Notes under the pieces: generated by a model | Told to the model about the DNA's origin: nothing | What the model saw: the letters and a program-made list of their open reading frames with translations, nothing else | Databases searched by the model: none | Shown here: positions 26,651 through 32,000 of the stretch, one piece after another | Position numbering within the stretch: the first letter of the stretch is position 1 | How the letters are laid out: each line of letters opens with the position of its first letter | Program-made: the position numbers and the translations under genes | Assembly (NCBI RefSeq): GCF_014280175.1 | Contig: NZ_CP047931.1 | Location: 1 to 32,000, forward strand | Direction of reading: 5' to 3' | Length of the DNA: 32,000 nucleotides | Source of the DNA: Synechococcus sp. A15-28 | GTDB lineage: Bacteria; Cyanobacteriota; Cyanobacteriia; PCC-6307; Cyanobiaceae

Positions 26651-27546
26651 CCGAAGCTGCCGGCATCGTGGTGGCGCTGCAGGCGAACTATCTCGAGGTA
26701 GAGCTTGATCAGGCGCCTGACCAGGGTCCCTCGCGTTTGCTTTGCACCCGTCGCACACGCCTCACGCACCGGGGAGAGGCGGTTCATGTTGGTGACCGTG
26801 TGCAGGTCGAGGCCATCGATCCAGTTCAAGCCCGTGCAGTGGTGTCAGGGGTTGAGCCCCGCAGCAGCTGGCTCACACGCCCTCAGGTGGCCAATGTCTC
26901 GTTGGTGGTGGTGGCGCTCGCCGTCGACCAGCCGGCGTTTGATCCGGATCAGGCCAGCCGTTTTCTGTTGACCGCTGAACGCACGGGTTTGCCTGTGCAG
27001 TTGTTGCTCACCAAGGGTGATCTGCTGGAGGAGGAGCAACGCTCAGCGCTGGTTCAGCGACTGCTGGGCTGGGGGTATGAGGCTCTGGTGATCTCCAGTC
27101 AAACCGGCGGAGGCATTGAGGCTTTGCGCCAGCATTTGCAGACCACGGAACTGGCGGTGGTCTGTGGTCCCTCGGGCGTGGGCAAGAGCAGTGTGCTGAA
27201 CCGTTTGATGCCCCACTTGGGTCTTCGGGTGGGTGCTGTGTCGGGTCGACTTCAACGGGGTCGCCACACCACGCGACATGTGGAGTTGTTTCCGATTGCT
27301 CCCGGTGCCCGGGTGGCCGACACCCCTGGCTTCAATCGACCCGAACTGCCGAGCGATCCGTCGGAACTGGGAATGTTGTTTCCTGAACTGCGAAATCAGC
27401 TGCAGTCCTGGCCCTGTCGATTCCGCGACTGCCTGCACCGTCAGGAGCCGGGCTGCGGAATTAACAGGGATTGGGAACGCTTCGCGTTTTATCAGGACGC
27501 CCTGAAGGAATGTTCCGACCTCAGCCGCCCATCCCGGGCAGGTTGA
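26647..27546 (+). CDS. rsgA: ribosome small-subunit-dependent GTPase A
   Basis: 299-aa ORF whose GTG start overlaps the upstream TGA (GTGA). Circularly permuted GTPase motifs LTKGDL then [10 protein letters not shown]-terminal zinc cluster [14 protein letters not shown]. Confidence 0.92.
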   Translation: MTEAAGIVVALQANYLEVELDQAPDQGPSRLLCTRRTRLTHRGEAVHVGDRVQVEAIDPVQARAVVSGVEPRSSWLTRPQVANVSLVVVALAVDQPAFDPDQASRFLLTAERTGLPVQLLLTKGDLLEEEQRSALVQRLLGWGYEALVISSQTGGGIEALRQHLQTTELAVVCGPSGVGKSSVLNRLMPHLGLRVGAVSGRLQRGRHTTRHVELFPIAPGARVADTPGFNRPELPSDPSELGMLFPELRNQLQSWPCRFRDCLHRQEPGCGINRDWERFAFYQDALKECSDLSRPSRAG

Positions 27547-27862
27547 GATTCAGTCCACCGGTGAGTTCCTCCATCCGTCCTTTCATCGTGGCGGTGGATT
27601 GCTCATAGGCCGCCTGAAGGGCTTCCAGCGTGGAGGCTTCACAGGTCTCCTGACCCGCGCTCAGCAGCTCTGGATCCAACCGCACGCGCAAGGGTTGCTG
27701 ATTACCGGACAGCCAGACGCTGGCCCGCCCGTCAGCACTCTTGCCTTCGATCTCCATGCCGTCCAGTTCGTCCTGCAGGGCTTGAGCGTTCTGCTGGATT
27801 TCCTGGGCCTTCTTGAAGGCTTCGGTGAGCTGGCCGAAATTGGGTAGTCCGAACCCTGCCAT
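27521..27862 (-). CDS. ybaB: YbaB/EbfC-family nucleoid-associated protein
   Basis: 113-aa ORF with ATG at 27862. Has the [12 protein letters not shown]...[19 protein letters not shown] helix and a size typical of YbaB. Its 3' end overlaps the rsgA 3' end by 26 nt. Confidence 0.88.
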   Translation of the reverse strand: MAGFGLPNFGQLTEAFKKAQEIQQNAQALQDELDGMEIEGKSADGRASVWLSGNQQPLRVRLDPELLSAGQETCEASTLEALQAAYEQSTATMKGRMEELTGGLNLNLPGMGG

Positions 27863-27886
27863 GGTGCTGTTGACGGAGCCGGCAGA

Positions 27887-28786
27887 TTAAGCGGCTCCGG
27901 TGAATCCGAGGCGTTTCACTTCGGGATGCAGGCGTACGGCATGGGCTGCCTCCACCTGTTGCAGCACGCGTTGAATCAGTTGATCGATGTCGGCTGCCGT
28001 CGCAGCACCGGTGTTGACGATGAAATTGGCGTGGAGGGTGGAGACTTCCGCGCCACCGATGCGGCTGCCCTTGAGGCCGAGACCTTCGATCAGCCGGCCT
28101 GCTTTCAGGGGTTCCGGATTGCGAAACACGCTGCCACAACTGGGTTGTGTGTAGGGCTGAGTGCTGGTGCGATGGCTGAGGTTGCCGCTGGTGATGCGGG
28201 TGATCTCATCCGGGTCATGGCCGGGGTCAAGGCGGAACCGGGCGGAGAGCACCACCAGCTCTTCCTCCTGCAGACGGCTGTGGCGGTAATCAAACGCCAG
28301 TTGGTCGCGGCCGAGTTCGAAGCTTTCTCCACCCTCGAGTGGAGCCACGCGCACCGATTCCAGACAGTCCGCTGTGCAACCACCCTGTGCTCCAGCATTC
28401 ATCACGGCGGCACCGCCGACCGTGCCTGGAATGCCGACGGACCAGGCCAGACCATCCAATCCGGCTCGGGCGGCACGACGCGCCAGGGTTGGGATCGGTT
28501 CCCCCGCCAGGGCTTCCACCACACCGCTGTCGGCATCGACCGTGGCCCCCTGCAGTTTGCGCAGGCTGAGGGTGAGTCCTGGCAGTCCGTCGTCGTGGAT
28601 GAGCAGGTTGGATCCGGCGCCGATCACACGGCATGGGATCTGGTTGTGTTGAGCCCACTGAAGAGCTTCGAGCGTGTCGTTCACCGTTGTTGGCTCCAGC
28701 AACCACTGGGCTGGTCCGCCCACTCGCCAGGTGGTGAAGTCCGCCAGGGGGACGTTGGATCGCAGCGGAATGTTGGTGCTCAGCAT
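27887..28786 (-). CDS. murB: UDP-N-acetylenolpyruvoylglucosamine reductase
   Basis: Motifs [17 protein letters not shown] and GSVFRNP. ATG at 28786 overlaps the murC TGA (TGATG) and is preferred over GTG 28807. Confidence 0.93.
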   Translation of the reverse strand: MLSTNIPLRSNVPLADFTTWRVGGPAQWLLEPTTVNDTLEALQWAQHNQIPCRVIGAGSNLLIHDDGLPGLTLSLRKLQGATVDADSGVVEALAGEPIPTLARRAARAGLDGLAWSVGIPGTVGGAAVMNAGAQGGCTADCLESVRVAPLEGGESFELGRDQLAFDYRHSRLQEEELVVLSARFRLDPGHDPDEITRITSGNLSHRTSTQPYTQPSCGSVFRNPEPLKAGRLIEGLGLKGSRIGGAEVSTLHANFIVNTGAATAADIDQLIQRVLQQVEAAHAVRLHPEVKRLGFTGAA

Positions 28787-30189
28787 CAGGCCGCCAGCCG
28801 TTGCCACAGGCCGTTGACATCCCCTGCACCCATGGCCAGGACCAAGTCCTCACGCCGGCTGCGGCTTCTGACCAATTCAGTGAGGTGGTCAAGGTTGTCA
28901 GCCACGGCAACCTCAAGATCCGGCCTCAGCTCATGAATCCGATCGGCCAGGGTCTGGCTGCAGACTCCAGACAGCGGCGTTTCGCCGGCGCCGTAGACCG
29001 GAGCCAGGAGCAGGGAGTCACAGTTCTGCAATGCGTTCGCGAAGGAGTCCAGGAATTCCTTGGTGCGGCTGTAGCGATGGGGCTGAAACACGGCTAACAA
29101 CCGTTGGGGTGGGGTCGGCAAGGGGCTGCGGCCACTGCTCACCATCAGTTGCGCCATGGCCAGGGTGGCTTTCACTTCACTGGGGTGGTGGGCGTAGTCG
29201 TCGACGATGTGGCGCCCCTCCCAGGTGCCCCGCCAATCAAAACGGCGGCCGGGGGGTTTCAAGGCAGAGAGCCCATCCACCAGTCGATCGAAGGGAACAC
29301 CTTCCATGCGGCATGCCGCCAGGGCGCCGGCCGCGTTACTGAGGTTGTGCAATCCAGGCAGGGGCAGCACGAAGTCCCCGACGGGTTCGCCTTGTTCGTA
29401 GAAGCGGGCATGGCAGCGATCGCCGTCGAGCTGGAGCGGCAAAGCGGCGTAATCGACACCGTTGGCCTGCGTGACGGACCACCACGCGTCCGCCTGAATG
29501 TGGTCCTCAAGGGTGGCGCAGTCGCGGTTCGCCAACACCTGGTCGCACCCATCGGCAAAGCGACGCATCGTGCCGATCAGGTCGTCGAGGCCGCTGTAGT
29601 GATCGGTGTGATCGAGTTCAAGGTTGGTGATCAGCCCCAGGCGGGCTCGGAATTTCACCAACGACCCATCCGATTCATCGGCTTCGGCCACCAGCAGTCG
29701 GCCATGGCCAGCATGACCATTGCTTTCGAGGCATGGAACGATGCCGCCGATGATGGCGGTGGGATCCTCACCGGCCTCCATCAGGAGTGTCGTGATCAGG
29801 GTGCTGGTGGTGGTTTTCCCATGGCTACCGGCAACGGCGATCGACGGTTGCTGATCGATCAGTGCAGCCAGCAGGTCAGAGCGATGCCAGATCTCCAGTT
29901 TCGCGGCACGGGCACGGCTCAGCTCGGGATTGCTGGCAGGAATCGCCGTTGAGACCACCACGATGGGCCTGAGGCCTTTGGCGAGCAGTGCCTCGATCGT
30001 GGCTGCGGTCTGGTCATGGAAGACGCTGACGCCGAGCTGGGTGAGCTGCCGCGATGTGGGGGTCTCCCGTGGGTCCGATCCACTCACCGGATGACCTCGA
30101 TCCGCAAGGATCTTCGCCAGTGCTGACATCCCGATACCGCCGACGCCGATGAAATGCACTGGGTGCTGGCGTTCAAGCGGACGGGACAA
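28786..30189 (-). CDS. murC: UDP-N-acetylmuramate--L-alanine ligase
   Basis: Motifs [14 protein letters not shown] and the Mur ligase P-loop GSHGKTTT. 467 aa from TTG 30189; GTG 30159 is an alternative start. Confidence 0.93.
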   Translation of the reverse strand: MSRPLERQHPVHFIGVGGIGMSALAKILADRGHPVSGSDPRETPTSRQLTQLGVSVFHDQTAATIEALLAKGLRPIVVVSTAIPASNPELSRARAAKLEIWHRSDLLAALIDQQPSIAVAGSHGKTTTSTLITTLLMEAGEDPTAIIGGIVPCLESNGHAGHGRLLVAEADESDGSLVKFRARLGLITNLELDHTDHYSGLDDLIGTMRRFADGCDQVLANRDCATLEDHIQADAWWSVTQANGVDYAALPLQLDGDRCHARFYEQGEPVGDFVLPLPGLHNLSNAAGALAACRMEGVPFDRLVDGLSALKPPGRRFDWRGTWEGRHIVDDYAHHPSEVKATLAMAQLMVSSGRSPLPTPPQRLLAVFQPHRYSRTKEFLDSFANALQNCDSLLLAPVYGAGETPLSGVCSQTLADRIHELRPDLEVAVADNLDHLTELVRSRSRREDLVLAMGAGDVNGLWQRLAA

Positions 30190-30362
30190 GGATCGGCATC
30201 AGAGGCATGAAAGATAAGTCAGTTCAGACGTTGCGTCCCCCTTGGGTTGAGACGGATCGAATCGGGTTTGTGATTCAGGTGCCATCCGAAAAAACTCAGA
30301 TTTTTGGCCAATTTCTGTATGATCGGCGGCCAAAACCCTTATGCGGCAACCCCGCTTCAGCT

Positions 30363-31388
30363 ATGACCCTGCGCGTTGCGATCAATGGATTCGGCCGAAT
30401 TGGTCGCAATGTGATGCGGGGTTGGATCAGCCGTGGTGCTGACACAGGCCTGGAGATTGTGGGGATGAACTCCACCTCCGACCCCAAGACCAGCGCTCAC
30501 CTGCTGACCTACGACTCGATTCTGGGCAAGCTCGATCCCAGTGTAAAGATCGAAACCACTGACGACACGATGATCGTCAATGGCAAGGAGATCAAGTTCT
30601 TCGCCGACCGCAACCCTCTGAACTGCCCCTGGAAAGACTGGGGTGTGGATCTGGTGATCGAGTCCACCGGTGTGTTCAACACCGATGAGAAAGCCAGCAT
30701 GCACATTGAAGCTGGTGCCAGCAAGGTGATCCTCACCGCACCGGGTAAAGGTGATGGCGTGGGGACCTTCGTGGTCGGCGTCAACGACGACCAGTACCGC
30801 CACGAGGACTGGAACATCCTTTCCAACGCCAGCTGCACCACCAACTGCCTGGCCCCCATCGTCAAGGTTCTGGACCAGAACTTCGGCCTCGACTGGGGTC
30901 TGATGACCACCATTCACAGCTACACCGGCGACCAGCGGATCCTGGACAACAGCCACCGCGATCTGCGCCGTGCCCGTGCAGCAGCCCTCAACATGGTCCC
31001 CACCACCACCGGTGCGGCCAAGGCCGTTGCTCTCGTTTACCCCGAGGTGAAGGGCAAGCTCACCGGCTTCGCCATGCGCGTTCCCACCCCCAACGTCTCC
31101 GCCGTTGACCTCACCTTCGGACCCTCCCGCGCCACCAGCGTTGACGAGGTGAAGGCTGTGATCAAGGCCGCCTCTGAGAACGGCATGAAGGGCATCATCA
31201 AGTACAGCGATCTGCCCCTGGTCTCCACCGACTACGCCGGCACCAACGAATCCACCATTTTCGATGCCGATCTCACCTATGCGATGGGCGACAAGGCTGT
31301 GAAGATCCTGGCCTGGTACGACAATGAGTGGGGCTACAGCCAGCGCGTCGTTGACCTGGCTGAAGTGGTGGCTCGCAACTGGAAGTGA
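30363..31388 (+). CDS. gap2: glyceraldehyde-3-phosphate dehydrogenase (Calvin-cycle type)
   Basis: [16 protein letters not shown] and active site [12 protein letters not shown]. 341 aa from ATG 30363. The 52 in-frame codons upstream (from 30207) lack G/C third-position bias and look non-coding. The gap2 symbol rests on its position divergent from murC, as I recall for picocyanobacteria. Confidence 0.92.
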   Translation: MTLRVAINGFGRIGRNVMRGWISRGADTGLEIVGMNSTSDPKTSAHLLTYDSILGKLDPSVKIETTDDTMIVNGKEIKFFADRNPLNCPWKDWGVDLVIESTGVFNTDEKASMHIEAGASKVILTAPGKGDGVGTFVVGVNDDQYRHEDWNILSNASCTTNCLAPIVKVLDQNFGLDWGLMTTIHSYTGDQRILDNSHRDLRRARAAALNMVPTTTGAAKAVALVYPEVKGKLTGFAMRVPTPNVSAVDLTFGPSRATSVDEVKAVIKAASENGMKGIIKYSDLPLVSTDYAGTNESTIFDADLTYAMGDKAVKILAWYDNEWGYSQRVVDLAEVVARNWK

Positions 31389-31413
31389 TCCGTTTTCATT
31401 GATCGGTTCGTTC

Positions 31414-31442
31414 ATCCCTTCCTTCGGGGAGGGATTTTTTTT
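31414..31442 (+). terminator. Rho-independent terminator of gap2
   Basis: ATCCCTTCC (31414-31422), loop TTCG, GGGAGGGAT (31427-31435). This is a 9-bp stem including one G-U pair, followed directly by a run of T to 31442. It begins 26 nt after the gap2 stop. Confidence 0.85.
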
Positions 31443-31462
31443 GGCGTCACCCGGCAGGTTCT

Positions 31463-32000
31463 TCAGCCCGGGGCGAAATGATCAAAGCCGCAGTCTTGAA
31501 CCGGGCCGAGGTCGTCTGTCCAGACGATCGATCCGGTTTGATCGGTGATCTGGCCGAAGCGTCGACAATCGGGCAAGGCCTGTTCCAGGGCGTCCGCCCA
31601 GGCCGGTGGCAGGCTGAGCACCAGCTCGAAATCTTCTCCCCCACCCAGGCACCAGCGGTCCCAGAGGTCTCCTTCTGGCCAGTCCTCGGCCTTTGGTAAC
31701 TGGCTGCGGATGAGTCGGGCGCCAGTACCGCTGCTGTTGCACAGCCCCCGAACAGCTGCCAGAAGCCCATCGCTGCTGTCGGTTCCGCCGGCACGCCAGG
31801 GAAGTTCAGCAGGTTTGCAAACCAGAAGACGGTTCAGAACATCCAGACGGGGCTGAGGACGCTGGTGTTGCCTGATCGCCTTGTCCCGGAGTGCCGCAGC
31901 AAGGCTGGTGGCTTGGAGCTGAGGGTCGTTCTGAAGAAGGGCCAGACCAAGGCGGCTGAGACCGTGGGGTCCGCTGCTGATCAGCACGTCTCCAGGTCGA
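31463..32000 (-). CDS. thiL: thiamine-monophosphate kinase (3' part; continues past the window end)
   Basis: C-terminal ThiL-like sequence with GGGEDFELV and an upstream RPGDVLISSGPHG. The frame is still open at 32000. Confidence 0.8.
   Translation of the reverse strand, partial: RPGDVLISSGPHGLSRLGLALLQNDPQLQATSLAAALRDKAIRQHQRPQPRLDVLNRLLVCKPAELPWRAGGTDSSDGLLAAVRGLCNSSGTGARLIRSQLPKAEDWPEGDLWDRWCLGGGEDFELVLSLPPAWADALEQALPDCRRFGQITDQTGSIVWTDDLGPVQDCGFDHFAPG

Noticed and set aside
30207-30362. 52-codon in-frame N-terminal extension of gap2 in the ORF track
   Set aside because: Third codon positions here are A/T-rich, unlike the strongly G/C-biased third positions of real genes in this window. 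GAPDH families begin at M-x-x-(K/R)[11 protein letters not shown], which corresponds to ATG 30363. The region is more likely the divergent murC/gap2 promoter and leader. It contains a TATGAT at 30318-30323, but I found no convincing -35 element.
27926-31415. Long ORFs antisense to murB (336 aa, +), murC (282 aa, +) and gap2 (352 aa, -)
   Set aside because: These are shadow ORFs opposite genes with unambiguous catalytic motifs. Their composition is Gly/Arg/Ala/His-rich.
1-32000. Search for CRISPR arrays, tRNA/rRNA genes, IS elements, integrases, toxin-antitoxin pairs and defence-system signatures
   Set aside because: Nothing of the kind is recognisable. The only tandem repeats are the in-frame coding repeats in the RRM gene and ftsY. 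Every non-coding gap is at most 173 bp, too short for or unlike structured RNA genes I know. Every large ORF has a housekeeping or pilus assignment.

Overview
GC-rich, very gene-dense bacterial chromosome segment. The gene order is dnaN, PRC-barrel ORF, purL, purF, gyrA-like, TPR, queG, two membrane ORFs, nusB, ftsY, GAF-PP2C phosphatase, argH, RRM RNA-binding protein, dusA, msrB, flavoprotein, pilC-pilT-pilB, grpE, dnaJ, tusA-like, rsgA, ybaB, murB, murC, gap2, thiL. From memory this is the origin-proximal block of a marine Synechococcus-type picocyanobacterium; that assignment was not searched. I see about 29 protein genes. I recognise no rRNA, tRNA, CRISPR array, transposase or integrase. 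Non-coding DNA is limited to a few stretches of at most 173 bp. Many neighbouring genes overlap by 1-4 nt, with TGATG recurring four times. Four convergent gene pairs abut or overlap at their 3' ends. Almost everything is ordinary housekeeping, and I do not see a convincing new multi-gene system. The part most worth a second look is the type IV pilus pilB-pilT-pilC cluster. The pilB frame continues 51 codons upstream through a single in-frame TAG. The conserved N-terminus of PilC lies upstream of any canonical start codon and in frame with the pilT stop. PilB also carries an extra C-terminal Cys4 tail. Secondary observations are listed below.
- MsrB has a Tat-type signal peptide.
- The RRM protein has a near-perfect 51-bp tandem repeat encoding a Gly/Tyr/Arg tail.
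- grpE-dnaJ-tusA-like-rsgA form an overlap-coupled unit with no dnaK.
- The GyrA paralogue has no GyrA box.
- An AT-rich, DnaA-box-like stretch lies upstream of dnaN.
- Several hairpins sit at gene junctions.
All family assignments rest on motifs I read in the translations; no database search was run.
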